Notes under the pieces: generated by a model | Told to the model about the DNA's origin: nothing | The model's database searches: none | The model's input: the letters and a program-made list of their open reading frames with translations, nothing else | In this document: positions 1 to 10,349 of the stretch, piece after piece | Layout of the letters: each line of letters starts with the position of its first letter | Numbering within the stretch: the first letter of the stretch is position 1 | Assembly (NCBI GenBank): GCA_963740315.1 | Contig: CAVUDP010000001.1 | Coordinates: forward strand, 992,001 to 1,056,000 | Direction: 5' to 3' | From: an uncultured cyanobacterium | GTDB taxonomy: Bacteria > Cyanobacteriota > Cyanobacteriia > Cyanobacteriales > Nostocaceae | DNA: 64,000 bases | Program-made: the position numbers and the translations under genes

Positions 1-185
1 TTGCGTAAAAACGATACTTGGAAAACATCCTCTAAGAAGAAACCCATTTTTGGAAAGTTAATACATAATTGCTATTGATTTAAATTATTTTTAATGATAC
101 TATTGATAATTATTTTTACTTATACTCAATTTTAATATTAATATTTATAACCGAACAATCTGCTGATTTTATAGAGAGGTGCATT

Positions 186-446
186 TTGAAAACCCAAGTT
201 AACCTCGGTACTATTCAACCAACATTATTAAATCGCTTTTTGGCAAGAGCTAAGCAGTTTAAGCGAGTTAAATATTCAACCACTCTGCCCTATATGTTCG
301 TAGTAGAAGGCGTGGGGATGTATCAAAGTAAACAGCAATTTGAGCTACTATTTGATAAGCTTATTGAGAATTTTTATGATTCAGGATTGGCGTTTAATTC
401 TGTATCCCCGTTGAGGATCGAAAACGTCAAATTATACCAACCTTGA
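186..446 (+). CDS. hypothetical protein (86 aa)
   Basis: ORF with TTG start preceded by AGAGAGG, an RBS-like motif; no recognisable domain. Confidence 0.4.
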   Translation: MKTQVNLGTIQPTLLNRFLARAKQFKRVKYSTTLPYMFVVEGVGMYQSKQQFELLFDKLIENFYDSGLAFNSVSPLRIENVKLYQP

Positions 447-561
447 AGCTAAATTTCTGCGGCGTTTTTCATTAATTTCTGCCATTCGGAAATATCTATC
501 GTTTGGCATTATTTCAACTGGCTTAAACCACAATTACTAACTTCTTACAAAGGAATAAATA

Positions 562-1662
562 ATGTTTCATTTTGGCATCGAGCATGAGGTTGCTTTCATC
601 GATAATGCTGGAAATTTTGCTGATTTTTCTTGGGTAAAATTCGCTGATTTCAATCAAATAGTCGAAAAGTTACCTTTCTACAAAGAAGACTATCCCGACT
701 TACGAATTGGAGACGCTGGAATTAAAGAAAAGCGTTGGTATATAGAAGGTTTTGAACGGTTTACTGATTCTGAAAAAGTTACCGAATGCGTACCCAAAGG
801 AATCGAAATTAGAACAACCATCAATCCCGATATTCATAGTGCGATCGCCGAGCTATCTGAAAGTTTCCGTTTATTGAGAGAAACAGCCGCAGAATATGGT
901 TTTTCACCAGCATTAATCAGCTTTAATCCTTACTACGATGCCTTCGTACCCAATCCACCTTTAAACGAGTATGAAACAAAACGAAGACAGGCTTCTCCTG
1001 AAAAGCAGACAGCCAATATTCCCATGCTTACTTATGGTCCGGATTTGAACATTTCGATGGTAGGATTAACTACCGAACGCATAATTGATATTGGTCGGAA
1101 GCTGACTTTTTACAGCCCCTATATTATTCCTTTCAGTTATAGTTCTCCCTTTTATCAAGGTAATTTATGGTCGGGTTTTTCTGTACGAACTTTTGTAAGA
1201 ACGGGAAGAAGACCTGCGGCGATGGTATTCTTAGAAAAACAGGAAGAACTAATCAAAAGTATTCCATCTCTGACGAAAATTGCCCGAATTCCCGCAGAAG
1301 TTGGCAGAATTGAATTTAAAGCTTTTGATAGCTGTAGCGATTTTTCTATTTATGCTGGATTATTAGCTTTATTAAAAGGTCTTGTTTTAGACGATTCATT
1401 GTCTGAGAGAGCAACCGTACCCGATGCCGAAAAGCACCAACTTTCTGCACAACAAGGGTTTGATAACGAAGAGATTTTTACGAATGCAAAACAGATTTTA
1501 CAAACAGTAGAAACTGTATTAGAAAATGACCCCGATGTGAATTTACTCGCACCATTGAAAACTCTATTAGAGAAGCGAGAAACACCAGCCCACAATCTTA
1601 TCCGACTGTACAAGCAGACTTCATCTATAGAAGCAACGCTAAAACAAACTTACAGTAATTAG
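562..1662 (+). CDS. glutamate--cysteine ligase family (GCS2) protein
   Basis: N-terminal FGIEHE, GIEIRT and C-terminal RIEFKAFD motifs typical of GCS2 carboxylate-amine ligases; AAGGA RBS. Confidence 0.75.
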   Translation: MFHFGIEHEVAFIDNAGNFADFSWVKFADFNQIVEKLPFYKEDYPDLRIGDAGIKEKRWYIEGFERFTDSEKVTECVPKGIEIRTTINPDIHSAIAELSESFRLLRETAAEYGFSPALISFNPYYDAFVPNPPLNEYETKRRQASPEKQTANIPMLTYGPDLNISMVGLTTERIIDIGRKLTFYSPYIIPFSYSSPFYQGNLWSGFSVRTFVRTGRRPAAMVFLEKQEELIKSIPSLTKIARIPAEVGRIEFKAFDSCSDFSIYAGLLALLKGLVLDDSLSERATVPDAEKHQLSAQQGFDNEEIFTNAKQILQTVETVLENDPDVNLLAPLKTLLEKRETPAHNLIRLYKQTSSIEATLKQTYSN

Positions 1663-1928
1663 CAATTATTAACTGTTACCCTAAGAACTGCTTTATTGGA
1701 TAAAGAAGCATAGATATTTACATTCTCACCGAATTTTAGATTTTAAAGAAAGGATTATGTATGTAAAATTCAAAATCCTTTCTTTAAATTTGCTTTATTA
1801 GGGACTTATGAGCGTATCGTGGGTGTTGCGTGTCATAAAGACATAGCCCCCAAATTTATTCGTGGAATAAATGGAAAATCTAAAATTCTCTAACCTTTAT
1901 CCTATAGCCCTTTAGAATTCGACAACAG

Positions 1929-2111
1929 CTAATTAAGCTTTATTTGTTCCTGTTTTCTTGCTTGCACTTCCTGCCAAACATCTTCCCAACGTTCGCTAAT
2001 TAAATCTTGGAGTTTAGCTAAGTATTCCTCAGATTGATAATTATCTTCTTCATCTTTCAATTTACTGTCAGTAAATAACAAGGCGGGCATATTCGATGCT
2101 ACTTTAATCAT
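1929..2111 (-). CDS. small hypothetical protein
   Basis: 60-aa ORF with protein-like acidic/helical composition; no known motif. Confidence 0.4.
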   Translation of the reverse strand: MIKVASNMPALLFTDSKLKDEEDNYQSEEYLAKLQDLISERWEDVWQEVQARKQEQIKLN

Positions 2112-2461
2112 GATAAATTTGACGACTTCAAGGACTATTGCAATTTTATCGCAACAACTTAGGTAAGTTGTATTATGCTTTACAAAAAATGATAGTTAAC
2201 TATATTTAGGTATACATCAGTTCTCAGAGTTTGTAAGTAATTTCAAAACAATTTTAAAAAAGAAATTGGTAAAGTTTGGATTAAAAGTCAAGGAATGTAA
2301 ATATATTTACGCGGAGAATTTTAGTAGTTAGTACTTGATGATACAAAATGTCATTATTAAAATTTGCTTACTCTCACAAATTAGATACTTTGTCAGTAAA
2401 TTTTAACTAAGCAGCTAGTAATTAGTTAACAGCGTGTTAAGAAAACCCAGTATTATTTAAA

Positions 2462-3259
2462 TTACTCATCAAGTAAAAAATATAAAGGTTTGCTCATATT
2501 CTCAGCAAAACCAAGAATACCGCGATCGCGATGTTCGTAAATTAAGTTACCATTGGAATCAAACAAAAAGGTTGCTCCCCGCTGTGTCAAATAAGCCGAG
2601 TCGGGAACGTAAGTATTCCAATTACTCAAAACCTCTGTCATATTTCGTAAACGTAAAGTTGCGAGTTCAAAAGGACGCTGAAAACCCTTTCCCCCAGCAA
2701 ACTTGAAAAACGAACCTTTTATCGGTGGTAGAGGTGTATCCCTAACAACTTCTCGATCGTCAATTAGCTGAGGAGCTTTTTTATCTCCTTTATAACCCCT
2801 AAAAACTTCCACCAAAGTTCCACGGCTGCCAATCCCGGCACACATTAGCATCAAATTGAGCCAAGCCTTTTGTGAGGTTGAGAGCATGGGAAAGTTTATA
2901 TTTAAACCGCGATAAAGTTGTAAATTTTTGTGAATTTCAGCTTGTGAATCTACGAATAGCCATTCTTGGGGAAATCCAGTGTAGTTACAGAATTTGATGC
3001 CAGAGTTGCGATCGCCAATTCCGATAGCGCGAATTGTGATTCCTTTAGCTGCGAGTTTTTCTTTTTCTCTTTGCAGCCACCAAGCATATTCTAAATTATC
3101 AAAATCCCCCAACTGCGACCAAATTAGTACGAGTAACTGCGAAGCATTCGAGCAGCCATCTAAAACGGGTTTAATTTCTCCATCGCTAATTCGCAAGCAT
3201 TGAGTTTCACTCAAAATCGAGTAAACATTTTCTGAATTGGAGCGTGTTTGGGTATTCAT
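2462..3259 (-). CDS. AhpC/TSA-like (peroxiredoxin-like) family protein
   Basis: QLGDFDNLEYA, RPFELATLRLRNM and TQRGATFLF segments typical of this cyanobacterial/plant family. Confidence 0.75.
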   Translation of the reverse strand: MNTQTRSNSENVYSILSETQCLRISDGEIKPVLDGCSNASQLLVLIWSQLGDFDNLEYAWWLQREKEKLAAKGITIRAIGIGDRNSGIKFCNYTGFPQEWLFVDSQAEIHKNLQLYRGLNINFPMLSTSQKAWLNLMLMCAGIGSRGTLVEVFRGYKGDKKAPQLIDDREVVRDTPLPPIKGSFFKFAGGKGFQRPFELATLRLRNMTEVLSNWNTYVPDSAYLTQRGATFLFDSNGNLIYEHRDRGILGFAENMSKPLYFLLDE

Positions 3260-3450
3260 CGGGTGCGAGCAAAAGTCTTCAGATATTATTTTAAAACTTT
3301 AAGCATTCTTAGATGACTAATAAATCCTTTTTATTAGCTGCAATATCCGATTGCAAAAAATATGGAGTAAACACCAATCAAAAAATTATCTTTTATCTCA
3401 GAAAAAAAGCAGGTATAAATTTCGTACATTTGATTATTAACCAAATTTAT

Positions 3451-3621
3451 TTAATCCATAACTTGTACAAATCCCATACTTACAGAATCATATAGTTTAC
3501 GAATTTTTTTAATTTGATCGTAGTCAAGAGGTTTATCAGATAACATTGACTTGCATAACCAATTTTGCTCGTATCGAGTAATTTTACCAGTTTTAAAAAT
3601 TCTTTCAATAATATTATCCAC
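3451..3621 (-). CDS. small cyanobacterial hypothetical protein (56 aa), absent from ORF track
   Basis: Manual translation MDNIIERIFKTGKITRYEQNWLCKSMLSDKPLDYDQIKKIRKLYDSVSMGFVQVMD; GTG start with GGAG 7 nt upstream; resembles a recurring cyanobacterial small-protein pattern. Confidence 0.65.
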   Translation of the reverse strand: MDNIIERIFKTGKITRYEQNWLCKSMLSDKPLDYDQIKKIRKLYDSVSMGFVQVMD

Positions 3622-3869
3622 GTTCAAACTCCATGTAATAATTACAAACTCTTGATTTTTCTTGTAAACTTTATAACTGCTTTAAGTATGACAAGCTTAA
3701 ATAAAATCGTAAATATCAAAAGTTCATAAAACTTTGTATATCTTATTCATTCTTTAGATATAGCTGTTTGAATCGAAAGTATTAATAACGTTGTGAAAAA
3801 CCCCTTTCATAGGCGTTAGAGATGTACTGCTCACAACTTCCTTAAACGCACAACTAATTAGATAAGTAA

Positions 3870-4039
3870 TTAAATGGTTTTAATCGACTGTTTTCTGACA
3901 ATTCCAACAGGAATTACCACAATTATCGCAGTACAAATCATTAAAATCGTTATTTTTTCCTTAAGAAAAACAGCAGATAATAAAATACTCATATTAATCT
4001 AATGGTTTCACTGTTAGTTTTGGTGATGCTTTTATCCAT
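3870..4039 (-). pseudogene. probable DMT/EamA transporter relic (N-terminus fused out of frame to the C-terminal helix)
   Basis: MDKSITKTNSETIRLI* (from 4039) followed in another frame by MSILLSAVFLKEKITILMICTAIIVVIPVGIVRKQSIKTI* (3992-3870); LxxxFLKEKIT plus a hydrophobic helix resembles an EamA C-terminus. Confidence 0.45.
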
Positions 4040-4223
4040 TGTGCTGTCAATAAATTAATTTAAAATCAATTTAACAATCTGTCAGCTTCCGGTTCCGCTT
4101 TTTTTCCGAATAAACAAGGTTATCCAGCAATGAGGCTTAGTATTTCTAACACCTCAGAATCAGAAATTGATTTAGGAATATCGATTTTAGGTAAACTACT
4201 TAAAAAGCATCTTTCCACTTTTT

Positions 4224-4270
4224 CCTCTGCGTACCTCCGCGCTAACCTCCGCGAAACTTTGCGTTAAAAA
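4224..4270. repeat. dispersed CTCTGCG/CTCCGCG/CTTTGCG repeat element
   Basis: Reverse-complement relative at 52262-52306; fragment at about 50703-50722. Confidence 0.55.
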
Positions 4271-4304
4271 TCTTTTATTCCTCCATCAAAACCAAATTTA
4301 AAGA

Positions 4305-5099
4305 ATGAAACAAACCATCATCCAAGTTGACGCATTTACCGACAAACCTTTTTCCGGAAACCCTGCTGCTGTTTGTGTTTTACCTGCTCCTAAAGATGAC
4401 GAATGGATGCAAAATGTAGCTCAAGAAATGAACTTATCCGAAACCGCATTTTTAGTCAAGCAAGAAGACGGTTACAGTTTACGCTGGTTTACCCCTGCAA
4501 CAGAAGTACCATTATGCGGTCACGCCACCCTTGCAAGTTCTCACGTTTTGTGGTCTGAAAATCATCTTTCTGCCAATGAATCAGCGCGTTTTCATACCAA
4601 AAGCGGTTTATTAATTGCCAAAAAGCAAGAAGATTGGATTGAATTAGATTTTCCCGCGAATCCTTCTCAACCAACTTCCACAACTGCGGAACTTTCTGAA
4701 GCTTTGGGAGTACCCGTTAAAACAGTAATGAAGAATTCTCTGGGTTATTTAGTAGAAGTAGAATCAGAAGATTTAGTTAGAAATATAGAGCCAAATTTTA
4801 CAACTTTAACAGATAAATTTCCAGAAGTTATTGTTACTAGTTTGGCTGAAAATAGCTCAGAATATGACTTTGTGTCGCGCTTCTTTTGTCCTGGTTTAGG
4901 TATTAACGAAGATCCCGTGACAGGTGCTGCTCATTGTTGTCTCGCACCTTACTGGAGAAATAAATTAAATAAAGATGAATTTTTAGCGTATCAAGCATCA
5001 AGTCGTGGTGGTGTGGTAAAGGTGAAATATCCAGGTTTCGATCGGGTTTTTCTGAGCGGACAATCTGTTACAGTTTTACGAGGGGAAATAATTTGTTAA
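4305..5099 (+). CDS. PhzF family isomerase
   Basis: QVDAFT...GNPAAV, EMNLSETAF, EVPLCGHATLA and EDPVTGAAH motifs. Confidence 0.92.
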   Translation: MKQTIIQVDAFTDKPFSGNPAAVCVLPAPKDDEWMQNVAQEMNLSETAFLVKQEDGYSLRWFTPATEVPLCGHATLASSHVLWSENHLSANESARFHTKSGLLIAKKQEDWIELDFPANPSQPTSTTAELSEALGVPVKTVMKNSLGYLVEVESEDLVRNIEPNFTTLTDKFPEVIVTSLAENSSEYDFVSRFFCPGLGINEDPVTGAAHCCLAPYWRNKLNKDEFLAYQASSRGGVVKVKYPGFDRVFLSGQSVTVLRGEIIC

Positions 5100-5103
5100 C
5101 AGT

Positions 5104-5129
5104 GTAGAGACGTTGCAGTGCAACGTCTC
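5104..5129 (+). repeat. GTAG-type REP-like hairpin (GTAGAGACGTTGCAGTGCAACGTCTC)
   Basis: GTAG followed by a palindrome; relatives at 32385-32411 and 36677-36702. Confidence 0.75.
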
Positions 5130-5181
5130 CCGATATTTTGATTAGTATCGACAACGAGCATGAAAAAGACAAAATTATTTA

Positions 5182-6459
5182 CTACAAACCATCTAAAATA
5201 CTAAAAATCCCTTCATACACCATAGATAATTCCTCGTCGGTAATACAATAAGGCGGCATTATATAAAGTACGTTTCCTAAAGGACGTAAAAGCAAACCTT
5301 TTTCTAAAGACTTTTCTCGAATTTCCAAACCCACTTTATTCAAATAACCGGATTCTTGAGTACTTACAATATCCATTGCCGCGATCGTACCCGTTACCCG
5401 CAATTTTTCAACTTTGGGATTTTCCTGTAAAGCTTCTAAATACTGTAAATGTTTCGCTTCCATACTGCTAAAAACAGGTTGATTTTCTACCATCAATTCT
5501 AAAGAAGCTAAAGCAGCAGCACATCCCAAAGGGTTCGCAGTGTAACTATGACCGTGATAAAGTGTTTTTATCGGGTCGTCGCTGTAAAAAGTATCGTAAA
5601 TTTTCTCCGAACATACGGTAACAGATAGCGGTAAAAAACCCCCAGTAATTCCCTTTGATAAACAAGTAATATCCGGCGTAACCTGACTTTTAATGCTGGG
5701 AAACCAATCTCCAGTTCTACCAAACCCAGTCATCACTTCATCGAAAATAAGCAAAGTATCAAATTGCTTAACTAATTGCTGTAATTCCCGTAAAAACTCG
5801 GTTCTACACATCCGCATTCCACCAGCACCCTGGACTAAAGGCTCAATAATAATGCCAGCATACTGTTGAGGATTTTGCTTTAATTTTTCTTTTAATAGAG
5901 TTAAAACTTGTTCTTCCTTTTCTTCAACAGAAGTGTCACCGATGTAAGTTTCAGGAAAAGGTGAGAAATCCACCTCGAACAACATACTTGAGAAAACTTG
6001 AGTAAATAGCGATCGCGAACCCACAGACATTGCTCCAAAAGTATCCCCGTGATACGCTCCTTCAAAAGCAATAAATTTTTGACGCTGCTGCGAAAGATTT
6101 ACCCAATATTGATAAGCCATTTTCAGCGCAACTTCCACAGCAGTTGAGCCATTATCGGAAAAGAAAACTCGGCTTAATTCTTGTGGGAGTTTTTTGACTA
6201 ATTTTTCTGCAAGGTTTTCAGCAGGTTGGTGAGTGAATCCAGCAAAAATTACTTGTTCCAATTCCAGCGCTTGACGATAAATCGCTTCAGCAATTTTAGG
6301 ATGGGAATGTCCGTGAATATTCACCCACCAGCTAGAAATACAGTCCATGATTTTGTCTCCATCTTCCAACTCCAGCCAAATTCCACGAGCCGATCTTACC
6401 TTAAGAGGTGGAGGAGAAGTTTTTGCTTGGGTGAAGGGATACCAGATGTGGGGGTGCAT
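5182..6459 (-). CDS. bioA: adenosylmethionine--8-amino-7-oxononanoate transaminase
   Basis: IWYPFTQ, SSWWVNIHGH, GSTAVEVALKMA, YHGDT, FDEVMTGFGRTG and LSKGITGG class-III aminotransferase motifs. Confidence 0.93.
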   Translation of the reverse strand: MHPHIWYPFTQAKTSPPPLKVRSARGIWLELEDGDKIMDCISSWWVNIHGHSHPKIAEAIYRQALELEQVIFAGFTHQPAENLAEKLVKKLPQELSRVFFSDNGSTAVEVALKMAYQYWVNLSQQRQKFIAFEGAYHGDTFGAMSVGSRSLFTQVFSSMLFEVDFSPFPETYIGDTSVEEKEEQVLTLLKEKLKQNPQQYAGIIIEPLVQGAGGMRMCRTEFLRELQQLVKQFDTLLIFDEVMTGFGRTGDWFPSIKSQVTPDITCLSKGITGGFLPLSVTVCSEKIYDTFYSDDPIKTLYHGHSYTANPLGCAAALASLELMVENQPVFSSMEAKHLQYLEALQENPKVEKLRVTGTIAAMDIVSTQESGYLNKVGLEIREKSLEKGLLLRPLGNVLYIMPPYCITDEELSMVYEGIFSILDGL

Positions 6460-6497
6460 TGGTTGTTTTGGGGTTGGGTGAAAAATAATTTAAAAAT

Positions 6498-6519
6498 CCT
6501 GGCGATTTAAATCGCCAGG
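6498..6519. repeat. perfect 22-bp palindrome CCTGGCGATTTAAATCGCCAGG
   Basis: Seen directly between divergent bioA and the TA operon; its left half matches the head of the repeats at 41147 and 56595. Confidence 0.6.
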
Positions 6520-6564
6520 TTCTCTTCTATAATGAAGGCTACAACCCAATTACATAGTTGAAAC

Positions 6565-6795
6565 ATGGAAAATCTTAACCGCATTACGGTTAATCCTAAT
6601 GTTTGCTTGGGTCAACCGACAATTCGAGGTATGCGAATTACCGTCAGCGTTATTCTCAAAATGCTAGCAGGTGGTAGTTCCCTGGTAGATGTATTAAACG
6701 CTTATCCAGAATTAGAAGCCGAAGATGTTAACCAGGCTCTTAAATATGCTGCTTGGGTAGTTTCCGAGCAAATTCAAATAATTCCAACTGCTTGA
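6565..6795 (+). CDS. DUF433 family antitoxin
   Basis: RITVNPNVCLGQPTIRGMRITV...YPELEAEDV signature; upstream of a PIN-like gene. Confidence 0.88.
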   Translation: MENLNRITVNPNVCLGQPTIRGMRITVSVILKMLAGGSSLVDVLNAYPELEAEDVNQALKYAAWVVSEQIQIIPTA

Positions 6796-6805
6796 AGGGT
6801 GTAAA

Positions 6806-7180
6806 GTGACTAATATCAAGCTGCTGGCGGACATGAATATTTCTCCAGTAACTGTGAGCAATTTGCAGATCCAAGGATGGGATACAATTCGAGTCGTAGA
6901 AATTTTACCTCCCACGGCATCGGATTTAGAAATCTTAGAATTTGCTCGTCAAGAAGAAAGAGTAATTCTAAGCCACGATTTAGACTTTTCTATGCTGTTA
7001 GCGGTGGGTAGTTACGATCGACCAAGTTTGATTACTTTAAGATTATCGTTTACAGACCCAGAAGTTGTAACCGAAAAGATTCTTAATGCTTTACTTCAAG
7101 TAGAAGAGACTCTTAATGAAGGGGCTGCTGTCACCATAGAAGACAATAATATACGCATCCGTAAACTCCCACTCAAATAA
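6806..7180 (+). CDS. DUF5615 family PIN-like toxin
   Basis: LLADMNIS, SDLEILEFARQEERVILSHDLDF acidic PIN residues; 10 nt downstream of DUF433. Confidence 0.85.
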   Translation: MTNIKLLADMNISPVTVSNLQIQGWDTIRVVEILPPTASDLEILEFARQEERVILSHDLDFSMLLAVGSYDRPSLITLRLSFTDPEVVTEKILNALLQVEETLNEGAAVTIEDNNIRIRKLPLK

Positions 7181-7350
7181 TTAACCAAAAAACAATCCAT
7201 TACTAACCATCAATTAACTTTCTCTTAAATTCGTGCTAGAATAGTATTCTTGTCTGTAATCAAGAATTAAAAATTATAATCCCCCTCTCCGTTAATGAAG
7301 AAGGGGTTTGTTGTGCTGCACGCTGGTAAAAACTTAGAGATAGGGAAAAA

Positions 7351-9150
7351 TTAGGCAGGAAAAATTCTTAACCTCCGATTTGGTTCTTCCCCAAAACTGT
7401 TTGATTTGAGTCGATAATGTTCGACCAGTTCATGCTGCATTTTACGCACTTGCGACGATCGCGGTAGTAGTTCTACAGGTTGTCCTTTTGGTATGACGAT
7501 TTGTTCTACCGCAAGTCTGGCTTCTTCTAAAGCGTCAATTTCATCATCGCTGCCGTTGTGCAGAAATAATTGTAATTCACGCTCGTCGCCAGCTTCGGGT
7601 TCGTCAATATTTAACAACCGACGCAAGCCACGGGTAATTTGCGGGATGGTGCTGGATTTAATCATGTGAATCGGCACTTGACGGGCTTTCGCCATTTGCC
7701 GCAGTTTCGCATGGTTTTTGACGTGCGATCGCAATGCCAAAATAGCATCAGCACTATCAATGTCTTTTGTCAAGACTACTGGCAAATGAAGTACCCCGAC
7801 TACCTGCTCCAATTGGCTGCGACTTACGCCGTAGGGATAAATATGGAGAGGTAAATCTTCACCGTTTGGTCCGGAGTCCTTATTGCCGTTGCTCTCAAAA
7901 CCATTAGAGTTATTGAAAGATTGATCTAATAAACGGTCAAATTCGCTGCGCCCAGAACCATTTCCATTTTGATATTCCGAATTTAATGGTACCAAAGGAC
8001 GCATTTGACCGGATGCTCTCCAGCCGTTGGCTCTACTAGAGTGCCGCCCGCTCCAATTTTCTTCTCCTCTATCGGTTTGTGAAGCGCCACCGTTAATAGC
8101 AGTTAACTGACGGGTAATTGTCACTTTACCGTTATCATCTATGGATCTCACTTGCGGGCTGGGCTGTCGTCCTCTCAAAAGATTATCTATAGTATCAGCA
8201 ACGCTTTCATGAACTACCCAGCGCTGCCTTTCTTGCATTTCCACAGCAATTTCAAATGTAGGAGGCGCTTTGCGTTCCAAAACTGTTTTCTGAGAGCCTC
8301 GCCTTCTGGCTTCATCATCTCCCAGCGTTACAGCCTGTATACCCCCTACTAAATCGGAAAGGGTGGGGTTTTTTATCAAGTTTTCAATTTGATTACCGTG
8401 TGCGGTACCAATTAACTGCACGCCACGTTCGGCAATAGTACGAGATGCTAACGCTTCTAACTCCGTACCAATTTCATCAATTACGATTACTTCGGGCATA
8501 TGGTTTTCCACTGCCTCAATCATTACTTGATGCTGCTGATCCGGATGAGAAACCTGCATCCGTCTGGCTCTACCAATAGCCGGATGGGGAACATCACCGT
8601 CTCCAGCAATCTCATTTGAAGTGTCAATGATCACTACTCTTTTATTAAGGTCATCCGCTAAAACACGGGCTATTTCTCTTAAAACAGTAGTTTTTCCCAC
8701 TCCTGGACGACCCAGCATGAGAATTGATTGACCGCTTTCGACTAAATCGCGGATCGTGCTAATCGTTCCATATATCGCTCGTCCGACACGACAGGTTAAA
8801 CCTATAATCTTGCCGGTGCGGTTGCGAATAGCGCTAATGCGATGTAAAGTTTGCTCTATTCCTGCTCGATTATCTCCGCCGAAAGTTCCCACCCGCACTA
8901 TGCAATCATCTATATGTTGCTGGGTAACGGGTATTTCGCTAAGATATTCGGCTCCATGCGGGAAACGTGCTTCTGGGCGACGACCCAGATCCAAGACTAC
9001 TTCTACTAAACTATCTCTCTGGGAATGCTCTTCGAGCATAGAACGCAAGTCTTGAGGCAAAATGGCTAATAATTTTCGGAGATCGTCTGTAATCGTCATG
9101 CTTTTTATGGTGACGTTTTTAGAGATAGGGGACGAGCCAAAGCTCGCCAA
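7351..9150 (-). CDS. ycf45: Ycf45 / SpoIIIAA-like AAA ATPase with C-terminal R3H domain (likely start ATG at 9099)
   Basis: Walker A GRPGVGKT, VIVIDEIG, TAHG; C-terminal RKMQHELV R3H motif; adjacent to ldpA. Confidence 0.85.
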   Translation of the reverse strand: MASFGSSPISKNVTIKSMTITDDLRKLLAILPQDLRSMLEEHSQRDSLVEVVLDLGRRPEARFPHGAEYLSEIPVTQQHIDDCIVRVGTFGGDNRAGIEQTLHRISAIRNRTGKIIGLTCRVGRAIYGTISTIRDLVESGQSILMLGRPGVGKTTVLREIARVLADDLNKRVVIIDTSNEIAGDGDVPHPAIGRARRMQVSHPDQQHQVMIEAVENHMPEVIVIDEIGTELEALASRTIAERGVQLIGTAHGNQIENLIKNPTLSDLVGGIQAVTLGDDEARRRGSQKTVLERKAPPTFEIAVEMQERQRWVVHESVADTIDNLLRGRQPSPQVRSIDDNGKVTITRQLTAINGGASQTDRGEENWSGRHSSRANGWRASGQMRPLVPLNSEYQNGNGSGRSEFDRLLDQSFNNSNGFESNGNKDSGPNGEDLPLHIYPYGVSRSQLEQVVGVLHLPVVLTKDIDSADAILALRSHVKNHAKLRQMAKARQVPIHMIKSSTIPQITRGLRRLLNIDEPEAGDERELQLFLHNGSDDEIDALEEARLAVEQIVIPKGQPVELLPRSSQVRKMQHELVEHYRLKSNSFGEEPNRRLRIFPA

Positions 9151-9156
9151 TCGCTC

Positions 9157-10305
9157 TTAATATTTGAGCGGGGAAACTAATGAATCAGCAAGCGATACAG
9201 CTTGCCAAAGCAATGTGGGTTCTTCTTCCAGACGAGCAGTTACTTTGACACTGGAATTATTCACCTCCTTTTCTTCTAACTGTTCGAGAATTGGTGAGAG
9301 CAATTTTCGGGCGTAGCTACCGTAAGCAACACCAGCAATGAATGCTTCAGTTCCCAAGCATGGTGTAGAAGAGATAACATTATTCTCTCCCATATTCTCA
9401 CTTATGCGCTTGGTTAATTCTTTCAACAATCCCATTGCTTTCAATTTAGGCACGGTGTAACTATTAGTACCACCTGCCAACTGCACATATCCTGGTATTT
9501 TTGCTCTCAATACTTTGGCACCTAATTTTACAGCAGCTAATGTAGTGCCCGAACCAATATCGCCACTCATTGACCTACCGTCGGTTTGCCATATATTCAA
9601 ATAAGCAAGTGGGGAAATAACATCATACAAACTATGCAGATAATCAATTATCCCCTCGCCATTTGGACAACTGATAGCGACTAATTTCAAATGCCCTATA
9701 TATGGCAAAATTGTTTGCCACAACCTCTTGAATTCTGCCAAACGCCCAACAGTCGTATGAATCTCTACTGCATCTACTCCAGATTTCAGTATCAATGGCG
9801 CGATTGCTCCGATAGATGTTGCATAAGATACTGTTACTATTCTACCATACGGACATATGGGAACGCAACGACCGCAGCCATAGCATTTATCGGACAGAAC
9901 TCCCGATTGGTTATATTTGATACTATCAAAGACGATCGCTTGTGCCGGACAAATGCGTTCGCACGGTCGAGAACATTGACTAGGGCATTTAGTAGAATCA
10001 AATTCTGCTTTACGAAAGTGTGGATCTTCGCCATCGTTTAAGCTAACCATCAACAACGGGGTTCCTTGATAGGCAAAGCCTCGTTGCTGGGCTTCTTCAC
10101 CCAAAGCAGCAGCAGCTTTTAGCCCCTCTTGAGCGGCGACAATGACAGCTGGATCGGCAGCCACATCTATGCAGTCAGCCCCAGCCAGCGTGTAAGCTAA
10201 AGTTAAACTTCTAACCGCAGGCAGATGTTGGAAGCTGGCTCCGCAAATCAGCTTGAACCAGTGACCAACTTTTAGCGATAGTAAGGGGTCAAATAAATCA
10301 GTCAC
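9157..10305 (-). CDS. ldpA: circadian input Fe-S protein LdpA
   Basis: WFKLICGAS, DGEDPHFRKA, two 4Fe-4S motifs (CPSQCSRPCERICP, CYGCGRCVPICP), WQTDGRSMSGDIG. Confidence 0.9.
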   Translation of the reverse strand: MTDLFDPLLSLKVGHWFKLICGASFQHLPAVRSLTLAYTLAGADCIDVAADPAVIVAAQEGLKAAAALGEEAQQRGFAYQGTPLLMVSLNDGEDPHFRKAEFDSTKCPSQCSRPCERICPAQAIVFDSIKYNQSGVLSDKCYGCGRCVPICPYGRIVTVSYATSIGAIAPLILKSGVDAVEIHTTVGRLAEFKRLWQTILPYIGHLKLVAISCPNGEGIIDYLHSLYDVISPLAYLNIWQTDGRSMSGDIGSGTTLAAVKLGAKVLRAKIPGYVQLAGGTNSYTVPKLKAMGLLKELTKRISENMGENNVISSTPCLGTEAFIAGVAYGSYARKLLSPILEQLEEKEVNNSSVKVTARLEEEPTLLWQAVSLADSLVSPLKY

Positions 10306-10349
10306 ACTTCTATTATGCTACGTGACCGAGAAATAGATGAGGTAAATCC

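Noticed and set aside
3313..3495. 60-aa plus-strand ORF
   Set aside because: Low-complexity AT-rich translation that overlaps the better-supported minus-strand ORF at 3451-3621
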